Of a DNA stretch of 64,000 nt, positions 48,479-62,499 are shown piece after piece (positions within the stretch are counted from its first letter, which is position 1; each line of letters opens with the position of its first letter). Position numbers and translations under genes: made by a program. The stretch is from Mytilus edulis. Its lineage: Eukaryota. The notes below the pieces were generated by a model. That model had not been told where the DNA came from, did not search any database, and worked only from the letters and a program-made list of their open reading frames with translations. The DNA lies in NCBI RefSeq assembly GCF_963676685.1, contig NC_092355.1, forward strand, positions 31,186,001 through 31,250,000, written 5' to 3'.

Positions 48479-49673
48479 TTCAATGTTTACTTTTGGCACA
48501 ATATGGTCTAAAATATCAACATTGTTATAAAAAAAACACCAAAAACCATTTGGTTCGTAATTGGGTCTATTACTCTTTCTGTGATATCCATTTTACGAGC
48601 TCGGTACTTATACATCCCGTCCATGTGTTTGTATTATCTTTCATTTTTGCTGGTGTGATTTGTATGTTCGATAGTGTGTGTTTCTTTGGTTCAAATGACG
48701 TGACTCTGTGCTTTAAAAGATCCCGTCATTATGTTATATTGTTCTATAATATGTCATTATGGTATTGTTCTATTATAAATTTGACAATACTTTAAACGAC
48801 TAACGAGAAAATTATTTTACTCACGTAGTGGTATAAACCATATGTGGATTCTTAAAAATTCTAAAGAACTTCTGGATAATTTCAAATCTTGGTCTTTTTC
48901 TGAAAATATTTCTAACATAACTTTTGACTTTTTAACCCTGTATACCACTATTCCTTATGTGTAATTTTAATTCTTTGAAAATACTATGAACGACAAAAGT
49001 TCTTCCTATGTGACGATTACATTTTCTTACGTCAAACAAGCAAAGTAATGAATGTGATTTCTAAATTTGATAGATGCTTTTTGTGAATTTTTGTTAAATA
49101 TTTGTTTGTTTTGAGATTGTGACACAGTCATGACTGCTGTACCCATATTTTGAGTATTTTGCCTGTTATGTCTGTTTTGTTCACACATCATTGTAGATAC
49201 AGCTGAATTTGATGTGACTGTCATATAAGTGAGAAGTTAAGCGCTAATAACCAGGTTTTATCCACAATTTTCTATATTTGAAAAAACCTGTCACAAGTCA
49301 AGAATATGACAGTTGTTGTCCTTTCAGTTTATCATTTGGTTTTTACATTTGATTAGGGACTTTCCTAATGTTAAGTAAATCAGTTCTTTAACAAAAACTG
49401 CATTATATTCGCCAAAGTTAACCAATTTTGTAAATTGAAATATGATGATTATGTGCACCTTGGACGCCACCTACGATCAAAATATGAAAATGCTCCGTCA
49501 TTTTACAAGATATTTGAATTATATATTTGTAAAACGGAAGAGTCATAACTTTAACAATATCAAAAATCATAGTCTTATCATGTACAGTTCTATCTTACCT
49601 TGATTCTGGTCAGTGGTGTGTCCTCTCCAAATCTTTAGTAATGATTTGCATATATTTCTTGTTTATGTTTCAG

Positions 49674-51644
49674 GTTAAATATTTTGGCCTGATGATTCTC
49701 ATGAAAAATATGTGTACGAACAGCTTGTAAATATAGTCGGTAAGGAAACAGAGATACATCAAAGACAACGTTTATTTCTGGTACAAGATGAAATATATAA
49801 TACTTTGCATCCTACAACTGGGTATACATATCTATCAAGTGGAAGTCTAGCTGAAGGTTTGTGTTGACCAGGCAGTGATCTCGATATAATGAACGTTATA
49901 CATGGTATTAAAGTCGTCACTAGCATGAAGGGTGTAAAAATCCCATATGAATTTGCTACACTTATGATGGAGATAGACCATGCACATCCAGGATTTAGTC
50001 GACTGAAATTGGCCGGCGGGTTCGAGACATCCATTCCAGTACTTCACGATATTGTTACCGAAACCGACAAAGGTTTATATCTAACACCAGAAAAGTTCAT
50101 TGGACGTTTTAAACGGGAACATACAAGTACTAATTTTGTGGATTTACATGGTCCATGTATTTCGGATCGCAATTTATCTTATGATATTACAATTTGTTTT
50201 CGCTGTAAATCGCTCCCATACATTGCGATACCGTGGGTTTATCGGCATAGGAAAGAATGGCCACCAAATGTAATAATAGATGCAATAGTGAGAAATGGGT
50301 GTTTATTGGTACCAATCGGACCAAAACACATGACAAATAATCAATTTTTATGGAGAATGTCATTTTCAGTTGCAGAAAAACAACTTTTGCACGCGTTTAA
50401 CTATACCCAATTATTATGCTACGGTCTACTGAAATTAACATTAAAACACATCATAAACAAACAAAGAAGGATTTACTCTGTTCCTACTTTCTTAAAACGA
50501 CGCTTTTTTGGATATCAGAAGAAGTTTGCATACAGACCTTTCAGTTAGGTAACCTATTTTACTGTTTTTCACTGTGTTTGATTAAATTAAGACCATGGAT
50601 AGAAAACTGTTTCTGTCCGAACTATTTTATACCTGAACAAAATATAAAGGAAAAGTCAATACTTCTAATAATCAGCAATTGCTTAGTGTTCTTGATAATA
50701 TTATTTGTGACGGAACTTCTGGACAAATATCTAATGTACTTTCCAAAGGTCTTGCATCAACTATGAAAAGCAGTTCCACAATTCAGCAAGACTTTTTGTT
50801 TTATAAGATTTTCGCTCAGTTCGGAAATCCCAAGAAAATAAGTCACTGTTACCGGGGGTTGGTTACTGTTACATCTCTGCTGGAATCAGAATCGTCTGAA
50901 TATGTTCTTTATGTTTGCAAACGTTGGAAATCCAAAATCAATCAGTATATGCTACAACTACTACCTTGTCCGGTCAAAGGACATAATATCGAAAATATAC
51001 GACGTCGTTATCACAAACATTTACAAGAAGCGATAAAACAAGATGATGTAACTGGATTGATGATGTTTGCATCGTTTTACTATGTCATTGGCCAGCACAA
51101 TGTAACAATCCAAATAACTGATTATGTCCTATCAAAGTGTACACCTGATCAGGTTTGTCAAGGATTATCATTCTATGTACAAAGACATGTGAATTATTAT
51201 GCTAAACATGTTCATACACAATCTATCAATTTAAATGACAAGTTGAAATTAGCGACCATTTCTGTGGTTACATATTTACAACATTCTTCCATAATACCAG
51301 AAGAGCTAAAACTTGAGATCCAACACTGCATGATCACCGTTACTCCTGTTGTTATGTGTCATTGTCTAAAATTTTTATGCTATTATCATATTCGTGATAT
51401 GTCCAATCGACAACAGGCATTGAGGGATTTGTGTTTGACCATTAAGAAAAAGTACTTTGTTCCACAATAACAACTTTCATTAGCATTACAAGTTTGGAGT
51501 GTTTGCGCTGAATTGTCTGGCGATAAAGATACTGCTTATGATTGTTACGATAAAGCGTCATTGTGTGAAGAGGATGTGTGTATAACAGCAAATATCCGAA
51601 AAACAAATCTATTAAACAAAAAGGCTGTGATATTCTCTGGATAA
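49674..51644 (+). pseudogene. cGLR copy 3, main exon (Mab-21 NTase plus TPR-like tail), disrupted
   Basis: Acceptor TTTCAG at 49673. TAA at 49676-49678; SGSLAEGLC*PGSDLDIM (TGA 49865-49867); frameshifting deletions near 50465 and 50645; TAA at 51468-51470; paralogous tail runs to TAA at 51644. Confidence 0.9.
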
Positions 51645-52335
51645 ATATTGGTGATAAAGAAGGTTCACTTGTTTTAGATTGATGAAGCACAACATTAGTT
51701 TTCGAACCTGAATAATAGCGGTACTTTAAATTATATTGAGAAAAATGTTTGAAAATATAAAAAGACTGTATCTTTTGGATATTTGAAACACCTGTAATAT
51801 AGTTAGCAATCTAATTGAATTGAATGTTATCTAGCTACTGGAGTTATACCTCAGAAGAATAGCAAGAATTAATTTAAAAAAAAAACGTTGAACATTTTCC
51901 ATCAATTTATTCTGAATTTAAAATACATAGACTCAGTGTAATTTGGAATACCGCTATCTATACGATGAGGGGCCTATTGTCGATATCGTTCTACGAATGT
52001 TATAGCTTGCAAAAAGTGTCTCGAAAGAAGACAAATTACGTAAATGTATATGTATGTAAAATCCTATGAACTTTACCCGTGTTGACTTAGATATTATAAA
52101 AAATATCCTGCAGGTACTATGACATTTACATTTAGTTTCTTCCAAACTCGGTGTTTTTATTCAAAAGGGTATTTTTACCCAAGTGATTGTCAATAAGAGT
52201 AATAATATTAAGTGGTCTACTGTATGTATGTTATGAAACTAATGTAAAACTATCAAAGCTTTACGATTCTACCAGTGTTCTTGGAGCAATGTCCTATGAA
52301 ATACAACTCTAATATGAGGCAGGCATTACCTGTGA

Positions 52336-52789
52336 ATGGGGACGAAGTCTGTATTAATTTTTGTTTTTCACTTAAATATTTGTATAAAAAAGAAACGGAA
52401 ATACCGTAACGTTTCCGATTTTGGTTCTGTTGTTAGGGATTTTACTTGTAACGTTATTTAAGTTATGACGTCATGTTCAATGTAAACGCGATCATCAGAT
52501 AATGTTTATTCATATCAAAGACATTTGAAGAATTATTGAAAATTAAATTGGTATTGTGTTCCTTGATTTCCTATATTTTACTAGACAACTCAAAGTATCA
52601 TGACAACGAGACCGGAAAAAGGAAGTAGATTTCTGCATTCTGCGCAAATGCGGGAATTCAAAACACGACAAAAAAAAGTTTGAACGATTTTGAGTTCATT
52701 AGAACAATAAAAAATATGGGAAATTTTCCCGATTTTTTTTTTTTTTTTTTTTTTTAATTTTCTACTGTAATAGGGGACTTCGTCCCCAT
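52336..52789. mobile_element. MITE / non-autonomous TIR element
   Basis: ATGGGGACGAAGTC ... GACTTCGTCCCCAT inverted repeats. Confidence 0.7.
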
Positions 52790-54097
52790 ATCAAGTTAGT
52801 TTTTTGTTGCATAATGACAACATCTCCAAAGTTGACAATCTCTCATCAGGATACTCCTTTTTGTATTGTATCTTAAAAAATACACTTATGTCAATTCATT
52901 TTACAATTTAACATAACTTTATCTCCCTTTTCTCATAAATATTCTTGTTAACATTGTTCGCACATTTCTTAAACCTGACCATGTTCATTTATTTCGATAT
53001 TACCTCATCGAACAGCTTGTATTTTGTATATACATGTATGATATAAGTGTTCAGTTCGTGAAGATTATTTCGTCGTCGATTTGAAACAACTACGAGACTT
53101 AACAGTCTTTACATTCCCAGAATATCGTAAATATATATGTGTAAATATAATGTATACGTTAAAATAAAGTATTATAAATTTCAAGTGTTGGAATCATATA
53201 TCGTATTTGTTTGTTTGTTGTATTCTTTATGGGTTTGTTTTTTATAAATATTTGTTTAAAGGGTGAGTGTTGTGTGTGATGTGGGAACCTGAGACTGAGT
53301 ACACCAATATAGACCGAGTTTATGATCCACAAGCTTGTACTATCTGGTATATGTGGGGAGGGGAAGGGGATGGGGATTTATAAGACATTTACAGTATTGT
53401 TTATGTCTGTCCTTCTTCACCAGCACTACTTGTATTCCATAAAATTATATTTTCAATTTTTTGTTTTTAATACGAGTACAGTCATATACAGACTTTTACA
53501 AAGGGCCGACATTGAGAAAACAAAACAATAACATGAATCAAAAATGAACAATTGGGACAAAGAGGTTAATTATTTCCTAGTACCATGAGTACTGTTAATA
53601 TACAAATCTTCCATTCAGTAACCTTAGTATCAAAAATATTTAACTTTTCATTATTGAAATGTTTGTTTACCTTGAAGTTTAACAATAGGATATACTATGT
53701 CAAGTCTACTTTGGCTGTCATCTGCCCTTTGGTAAGATTATTGTCTTTTCGCATATTTTCAATTTCCATTCTCGATTTTTTATTTCACTGTGTATTTAAT
53801 TAAAATATAAGTGGAAGCTTCAGATATATTCAGATATATTACTGTGTCTGATAGCCAATCGTCACACAATTTGAAAACGTACTTAAAAAATGTATTAGAA
53901 AAACAAGTGCTAATTTTATTTATTAATCTATTTCATAAGTTGGTGTGATTTATAGCGAAGACAATCAAAATGTCGATTTAAGAAGTCGTCTAATGCTTAA
54001 AACATTTTTAGGAATGAAATCATTTTTTTTTGTCACACCTCATTGTTGTATGCTAAATTCTGCAATTTCAAGCACACATAATTATTTTTTTTTTATG

Positions 54098-54657
54098 AGG
54101 CTCGCGGGTATAAGATTTTCAGAAAAGAAATAAACTTTAATTTTTCATTATAACTTTTATTTATTACCTTTAGTAGTTGTTACTTTATCATATGGTACAA
54201 AAATCATTCCAAAAAATCAATTCATGTTGGCCCCAGGTGACATTTAAAATGTAGATATCATTGACAAAGCTCCAAATTATCTCCCTTTGGTACAACAATG
54301 CCATTTTTGGGCATTAAAATTGAAATATCTCTTTTAACTCATCAGTGACATATATTTTTTATTGTTGTTTTCAAATAAGCTGTACATAAACTAAATAATT
54401 GTAAAATTTAAGCAATTTCTGTAATTCAGTACTTTTTTTATTTCGTGATTACTGCTATTTCTCACATTAGTTCAACAGAAAAAAGGACATTAACAAAAAT
54501 GTATGCTTCTTTCAAAGGCAGACTGTGCTCGTAAATAAACGGTGGCCCCAATTTTTTATTTCATTTTTCTATTAAGTATAAGATAAAGTTCATTTATAGA
54601 AAAAAATAGAGAAATCCTATATTAGATAAAAAATTTGATTTAGACTCGCGAGCCCCC
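54098..54657. mobile_element. Non-autonomous TTAA-type (Kolobok-like) element, left end eroded
   Basis: GGCTCGCGGGTATAA ... TTAGACTCGCGAGCCCCC-TTAA. Confidence 0.6.
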
Positions 54658-57555
54658 TTAATATGCTTAAATAAGTCAAATATATGTCATGTTAACACAC
54701 CACTTTATCCTGGCTGTGCTGAAAGAAAATTGTCAACACTTAATTGTGTATTAAAGGTAATAAGTACATCTGATCTATGCAACAGGGCAACTATTCCCTT
54801 CTATTTTAATAATACTAGACTAGTATAAATATATATTTTTTTATATTCCAAAAACCTTTCAAAAGGTTCAACAGTGATACCACGTCCTACATGTATACCA
54901 TACATTTGATACGACAGTCACCCAGATTTGCACTTAGTGTCAAAGTAAAATACGTAGGAAGAAGTATGAACATGGCAAGACGTTTAAACCCGCTGCACTG
55001 TATGCATATGTTCTACGTTAATAGCCTGTTGTTCAGTGGTTTTCATTTGATGGTGTGGTTTATATGTGTTTCTCGTTTCTTGTGTTTTTTTTTTTTTTTT
55101 TAGATTAAGCCATAGTTTTACCTGTTTCTGTTTGAAATGTTATACACTAGTAATTTTGAGCCCCTTTATATCTTGTTGTTTGGTGTGAGCTAAGACCCCG
55201 TGTTAAAAGCCATGCTTTGACAAATAATTTTTAACTTTAAATACATTGTGACTTTGATGGAAATTTGTCTGATTGGCACTTATATCTCATCTTTGTATTT
55301 AAATGTGCTGTTTTGTTTTATATTCTTTCTGACCAAGTTCGGATGAGTGTATCTTATACTTCAAGGCCACATTCTTGAAATGGGACATAAAAATTATAAT
55401 GGCATGAGTTATATGCTTCAATGATATTCAGATATGTTATCCGGTTAATTCAATAAATTAGCATTTAATTGTTGATATTAAGTCATGAATATGTAAAAAC
55501 CTGAATGCTACAATTAGAAATATTTCTTTTCGATTTCATAGTATCTTTTTCCCAAAGTATCTTAAGTCGACTAAGCATATGAAATAGACTTATTATATAT
55601 TTAAACCACTTTGGGCATTTCCTTGCAACAGTCATGCTGTATGTGTACCCTAACAAAGGGTATTGTGAAAATCTGCCTTCAAACGCAAAGCATTAATTGT
55701 AACGTCCCATACTTGACCGGGGATTACTGTGTATGTGTACATCCCGAACAACCAAATTGTCAACTCACTTGGGCATATCTATAAATACCAGTCTTGGGTT
55801 GTAACGTAAAGCATTGAGAATTTTCACGCTCCAACCTTTTGATTGAATCAAATTAACTTATAATGATTCACGTGTTGAACCGTTTTGAGGGAATACAAAT
55901 GAATAGACAAAAATGCATTGATATACGAAAGCTACGAAACAAAATGGATATTAAAACTGAATAAAATGAGGACCTCTAATTTCGTAATACGATACATGTA
56001 TTTCCATTATCAAGAACACTTGATATTCAAATAAACACAATTTGTTTGTAAATAAGGAAGCAAGCAAGGTCTTCTATCAATTTCGCATATAAAGCTTTAT
56101 AAATATGATCGTCGACCCCACCCTAGCGCCGGCACCACATTTGCGGATAGTAATCGTTATGTCTAGCAGTCGCATGTGGTATTGTTAATCATCCCATGTT
56201 AATAATAGGGAATGACATTTATGTTGTTATGTTTTTGGGAATTAAAGACTTTAAAGTGTTTATATTGTTGTTAATGGCGTGTTTATATCGGTAATCTAAT
56301 CTCATGTATCACCTTGGACAGCATTGTATGTTCTCATTGCTTTCACATATTTTCCTCCTGAAAAAGCATCTAACTTTCCGCCGGAAGTTAAACAGACATT
56401 CATCCTCACTATTGATAACACGACAACAAACAAAATAACTAACTGACGGATGGACGAGAACAAAACTTGATATTTCTCGATACTTTGTAGAGACGGGCAT
56501 TTTTATTTCCGGTAAATGGGTTCTTTGGTGCACACATCTACATGTGCCGTGGTGACACAAATTGATAAGATTAAAGCGAACCATGGGCCCGTTTCTAACT
56601 TTCGTTTTGGGAGAACTGTTTTTTTTTTTATGTTAACGGTTTCATTATAACAATCGTGTTCATGGTAGATTCATAACATTGACTTACAGATAAAGAACAG
56701 TCAAAAAAAAAGCGCTGGACATGTAATTGAACTTTTGATTTTGTCATTTGATCAGGGCCTTTCCTTTTTAAATTTACCAAGGAGTTCAGTATTTTACTTC
56801 TTGTTTTTGAATGACTTTGGCATAGTGATTGTGTGTCAACATTTGATACTAATTCCGAAATATAAAATATATAAATAAGGAAAACTTGACTAACAAATCA
56901 GATTTACATAGATATAAGAAAATGTGGTATGTGTGCTAATGCGACAACTCACAATTTGTAAAAGTAAAATCATCATTATAGGTCAAAGTACGGCCTTCAA
57001 CACGGACCCTTGGCTAACACCGAACAGAGCAAGCTATTAAGGGATCCAAATGACTAGTGTAAACTCTAGTTGAATGTCTGCATCGGAAATGAAATCTTCA
57101 TTGATTGTCTTTTGTTTATTGGAACAGTTAAAAAAAATCTGCAATTGCATAAAAGTTTCTAGTTTAAAACTACAGAGTGACTAAAACTGCTTTGTTATTA
57201 TTGTAAACAAATAATGAAGACATCATAGGAAGTCAATGTTCTCTTTACAGAAGCTGTGCAGTTAGGCAAAATACGTCGTTATGGATACAAGCAATGTCAC
57301 AGTATTTTAAAAGATACGAAGTATCGCCAAGAATCATTGTATAATGAAAAAAAAACATATATGTGTATTTCCACATATTGAGGGTCATTGTAATTAAAAC
57401 TAATATTGTATTTAACTCCTATTGTGTTTCTATTTTTGAATCTATATCAGTGCAAAGGGTAGTCAAGGTAGTAGACAGTGCGGTTTAACCATTGTTAAAC
57501 ACATTATCGTATATAACAAAAACATAATAAAACTATTGTTTTAAATTGTAAAGCT

Positions 57556-57580
57556 GAAAGTGAAAAATATTATGACGTAA
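57556..57580 (+). promoter_or_regulatory. Candidate ISRE plus CRE/ATF-like site upstream of cGLR copy 4
   Basis: GAAAGTGAAA (57556-57565) and TGACGTAA (57573-57580); candidate 5'-UTR donors at 57683 and 57861. Confidence 0.3.
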
Positions 57581-58719
57581 ATCAAGTTATTTAGATTAAA
57601 TCTTGCGTATAGTACATGTATTCAGTAAATTGTCATTAAATGTCAATTGTTGAAATATATGATTATAATTTCGAAGATTCAGGTGAGGATTTTTATGTTT
57701 ATTTTCAAGTAGTCATAAGACACAAAGTAGTATTTTCACCACTAACAAACACAATGAAATTGATTGCTCATAGCTTCATTCAAAATCTCTTTAAAATTTC
57801 ATTTAACAATTTCTTATACATTTTGCAAATAAGTACTTATAAAAAGTAAACACGAATGATGTAAGTTTGTTTTTCGCACAAAGATTGTTGTTTCATGTCT
57901 ATAACGAGAAACAATATAGATTTCACTCTGTAGCAACACGGCTATTTAATTACAATTATCATAGAACTCATAATCGCAGTTTCCCTTACAAAAAAAATGC
58001 TAATTAATGTTAATTGATGACAACCATTCTTGCATACGTCGTATGCAGTAATTGCTTTACAAAAATGACCGATTGCCAGCAGAATTTTGTTGACAGTTTT
58101 GGAATAACTGTGTCACAGATGATCACGCATATATTCTAATTGTGGGAACCATAATCCTGTCCTCTTGTCTGGATTGTGACATCACTATAAAAAACTGAGT
58201 TAATATTAAAAAAAAGAATACAGAAGTTTGCATTTTTCTGGGTCCATTGATTGTTTTATTGGTTTATCTGATGATTTTCTTTTTATAAACACAACATAAT
58301 ATGTATCGCAAAATTACCTTATAAATGACATTTCGTGTCAGTACAATGATCAGACAAATGGGCTGGTGATACCCTCGGCGATGAAACGTTCATCAATAGC
58401 ACCGTGGCAGTGTGGTACAATCTCACTAATAATACCAGACTTATAATTTGTCACGCCAGATCAAATGTGTCTTTAAAAAAAAATCAAATAGAGGATTTCT
58501 TTAAACTTAATCTTTTGCAATAATGTACCATACAAAAATAGTAAACAATAAACATGTTAAATGCACAAGTAAGACACTCGTAATCAAAGGCTGATATCGG
58601 GCTCGGATGCATCCAGAAGTATTTGTAAATCTAAATCTAAATCTAAATTTATGTACAAATTTAACTTAATTTCAATTTTGAATAATGAACTACATCTCTT
58701 ATATTGAAGGCTTGTCATT

Positions 58720-59059
58720 ATGAATACTAAAAGCAATAGAGCAAGCAACCAGAGTGAAGATGACAATGAACATGTGTATGGAATGAGAAAAATAACGTAT
58801 TGGGAAAAATACGATGTTAAACGATTTCCCTACCGTGGAAAACGACGGCACTCTCCCCTTCTTCAACAACGTTTTGACGGTGGAATAAATATTTCTAATG
58901 ACGTATTTGGTCTCACTATTCACCAATTCGAACAGAAATATATAGCTTGCTTGGAAAGAAGGAAACACAATTCACAGCGGATTCTCAATTTGCGATATCC
59001 TGTTAAATCTTCAAACAAATACCTGGAATATTTAGAACATTGTGTTGAACTTGATGATG
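58720..59059 (+). CDS. cGLR copy 4, first coding exon (113 codons, intact)
   Basis: Open frame MNTKSNRASNQ...YLEYLEHCVELDD; consensus phase-1 donor G|GTAAGT at 59060. Confidence 0.9.
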
Positions 59060-61429
59060 GTAAGTATTGACACAATAGCACAATCAAGTAAGAGCAGTGT
59101 GTTAAACTTATGTATGTTCAATTAAACTGCATTAGAAGCTATTGACAATAACCGGCTTGCATAGCTTCTTCATAACCAATTGACGCCTGACATCACAAAT
59201 AGAGAGATCAAACATAAAGGAACATTTGACTTTCAAATCTTAGATAATTAAAAACCCATTTTTCACCTCTAAATGTATACAGCAAAATAGCTTTAGTAGA
59301 CACTAAATCTTGCTTCATAGTCTGAAGGAAGGCACATGTGTTTCCACATTGCAATTTCGTGAAGTAGTGTTTCTGATATTATACGTGTACGTAATTAAAC
59401 ATCACATGATGAATGTGAATCCACATGATCCATAAGAGCGCTGATGACACATTCAATATTTGACCGTTTTAATTTCTCTTGTTCTGTTGATGGATGTTGC
59501 TTAATGAGATCTGCTTTGAAGTTCATCAATCTTATCTTACTACATATACTATATGCTTGTACATTGCTAGAAAACTAGTCATTGACTGTTTTTATATATT
59601 AGTACGTTCTTGTTTAATCATATCGAAATAATTGGATAGGTTGAATGACATTTCAGAATCCACCCGCCATATATTTACAATCCACTGGGTATGTTATTAC
59701 TAATGATCTAAATATACTTAACATGAAAATCTCCGGAATATTATATAACTCGGTCATAAATATCGAGATCATCACATAAATCTAATCGAACCATAACATT
59801 GAATCTCTTCAATGCATATGCCTTTGAGCAACAAATCGAATGATTTACCGTGTTTGTGTTGTATCTCTAAACTTCACAATTTTCCTTGAAACACCGGTAT
59901 ATTACGAGGTTATCTGCATGCTCTTTTGGGGAATTGACCAATATATTGTCCGCAGTAAAAGAGGGATTACAGAAATATCGTTAATCGCGTAGTGTTTTGA
60001 ACGAAATGGAGATTCTCGAAAACAAAAACAAATCTGTTAAATTTAAAATCACTGTGCTTCTTTCAATTACAAAACTGATTTTCAACCATACCGCATTTAA
60101 AAGTATTCAACTGTCTGAAAGTAATAATCCAGCATGCTTTTTCATAAAATATTCACATATGCTACTATATTGTTTTTGGTACAATTAAAAAAATATTATT
60201 TTAAATGAACTGGAGCATAAAACATGCTACACAGATGAACACAGTGTGTGTATGCTGGCGTGTCTCATTGGCAACTTATGTGTTAACAGTAGATGTAGTA
60301 TTTTTAACAGGATGTCGGCGTACCTTCGGGGACTGTTGCCGAACATTTTATTTTTTTTATGAATCAGAGTTCCTTTAAGGTGGAACCCTACAGATATAGC
60401 AATTTTTTTTCCAAATTGAATTTTTCTTAAAATTTGCATACATATACTATGCAATGGCCTCTATAAAAATCTGAGTTAAAAAATAGTATGTCACCAGACT
60501 CGATTCTATGGTAACGGTCACCAAAGTTGTTACATCACGTGTATGCATAAATACATACCTGATGTAGAATTTTTCAAGCCATTGAAAGTAATTTGAAAGG
60601 TTTGTTCTTCATTTATTACAAAATTATTATTAAACATGTAAATAAAATACAAATAATGGCAGTTTTATTCATATTTATTGATTTCGGCTCCAATTTCATC
60701 AACACTGCTGCACACAAAAAAACATAGGTTTTGTTCAAAATTTCTATTTTTCTTAAATTTCCAAAAAGATGGTCCATTGAATATTTTTTTTAATTTGACA
60801 TAAGATGGTCAAATAAAAGCATTTTTTTGTTCCTACGAACAACGTAGTTTTTGCATTGTTCTGTTGTGCAAAAGTTTCAACTCAACAGACAAAAAGAGAT
60901 CAAATACCATGATTTCAGAGCTACAACAAATGGCGTCTATGTAAATGTAAACACATTTTATGATACATTGTAATGCAGCTTATATAAGTATTACTGTGGT
61001 TTAAAAGAAGCAAAATAAATTACTCAGAAGTTAGCGAAAATCACCATATATTTTTTTCTTTCAATTATCAATTCATAGAAGTCATGCAGGTGAATGGATT
61101 AAAAGAATGTCAAGACTTTGTCACCCTGTCCTTAATTAATGATTTAAGTTTGATGAAGCATAATGCAAATACATTATATATTTTCAGTTGCCATAGTAAA
61201 ATTATAAACCAAAAAAAGATGACATTATACCTTTTTTAAAGGTTTTTCAACTTTCTTTATTTTTAATGCCTCAATAATTAAGTAAACATATAGACTGTTA
61301 TATTTAAAAAAATGTATATAAAGTTTACTCCTCTGATTCAGTCAAATACTGATTGATAGTCATAGCATAATAAGAGTTCACTTGTTCGCAGTCAAAATTG
61401 TCAGTCCTGCTATTTTGAATAGTACAAGT

Positions 61430-61623
61430 TGCTCCCATTCAGATATATCATACTACTATTAGTGGCATTACGAAAAGAAAATACCAGTTATTTTGCTGGC
61501 TTCATTTAAAATGTCACATCTTTCCATATTACATCCCTGGAATAGGTTTGATCCACTGACAGCTGCTACCTGAGTGATGTTACCATTTCTTGAAGGACGT
61601 CTTGTTTGAAAATCAAAATCGAA
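61430..61623 (-). pseudogene. Degraded DEDDh 3'-5' exonuclease fragment, probably transposon-borne
   Basis: FDFQTRRPSRNGNITQVAAVSGSNLFQ...EASKITGI resembles the Exo I region FDLETTG...ITQIAA...ASxITG. A TTAA-GGTGG element end lies at 60375-60383. Confidence 0.55.
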
Positions 61624-61640
61624 ACATTGATCTTTATATA

Positions 61641-62492
61641 TGTAGGACTCTAAAGTGCGATGGGGACGCTAAAGTACGATGGTCACGCTCAAGTGCGATG
61701 GTCTACGCTAAAGTGCAATTCCTCCATACGCTATAGTACGATGTTCTGCGAAAGTATAGACGTAAGAAACGTACATGGATTATGACGTTAACAGTCGTTT
61801 ATACAAACTAAAAATGAACACGCCGGAAGACAACTAACAAATATTTGATTCATAAGAACTTCAAGTTTTTATCCAAATGTCTAGTTTGTACATTGCAGGA
61901 AAATATAACATGGATGTATAGTCGCTACAAAAAACAGAGAACATTAAGCTCGGCAAACATCGCTTTTTCCCGTTCATTTAAATTAAACAAATAAATGTAC
62001 ACATTCCGACAATAATCGAATTTTGTATCTGTAATGTAAAAAAGACGATTGTCAGAGGATGTGTTCCTATTAGTGTAACGGCAATCTACACCAATTATCC
62101 AAATATTCAATACGCATTATTTTAAATAAAATATAATATTTTGCGACACATAAATTACCTTTTTAGCAATTGTTACGTACTTTGGTCAGTCTTTTTAATT
62201 TAGAAACAATCACTTTAGCCTATCGGTAAATTATGAAGCCTATCACATATGTTATACCTTAGCATACTAGCTTTTGCTAAAAAAAAAAAAACTGTTTAAA
62301 CCTCGATATTTTGATCCCTCTAATCTTAACTTGTTGTTCCATCGCACTTTAGCGTGATATACCATCGTACTTTAGCGAACAAACAACCATCGCACTTAAA
62401 TAGCGTGAGACACCATCGTATTTTAGCGTAGACCATCGCACTTTAGCGTGACCATCGCACTTTAGAGTATCATCGCACTTTAGAGTCCTACA
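61641..62492. mobile_element. Non-autonomous TIR element with TGT...ACA ends (Ginger-like) in a TA tract
   Basis: TIR TGTAGGACTCTAAAGTGCGATG / CATCGCACTTTAGAGTCCTACA; multiple subterminal CGCTAAAGTGCGATG repeats; TATA flanks. Confidence 0.8.
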
Positions 62493-62499
62493 TATATAT

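Noticed and set aside
49594-49640. Antisense exon with donor AAG|GTAAGA next to the copy 3 acceptor
   Set aside because: It is a single motif with no phase-compatible partner exon identified.
49759-50047. Minus-strand ORFs over cGLR exons (also 9828, 11700, 44769, 51442, 58699, 63736)
   Set aside because: These are antisense shadows of the + strand coding sequence.
61641-62492. CRISPR-like array of short repeats
   Set aside because: Spacers are only 1-8 nt and the repeats are mirrored at both ends, so they are transposon subterminal repeats in a eukaryotic context.
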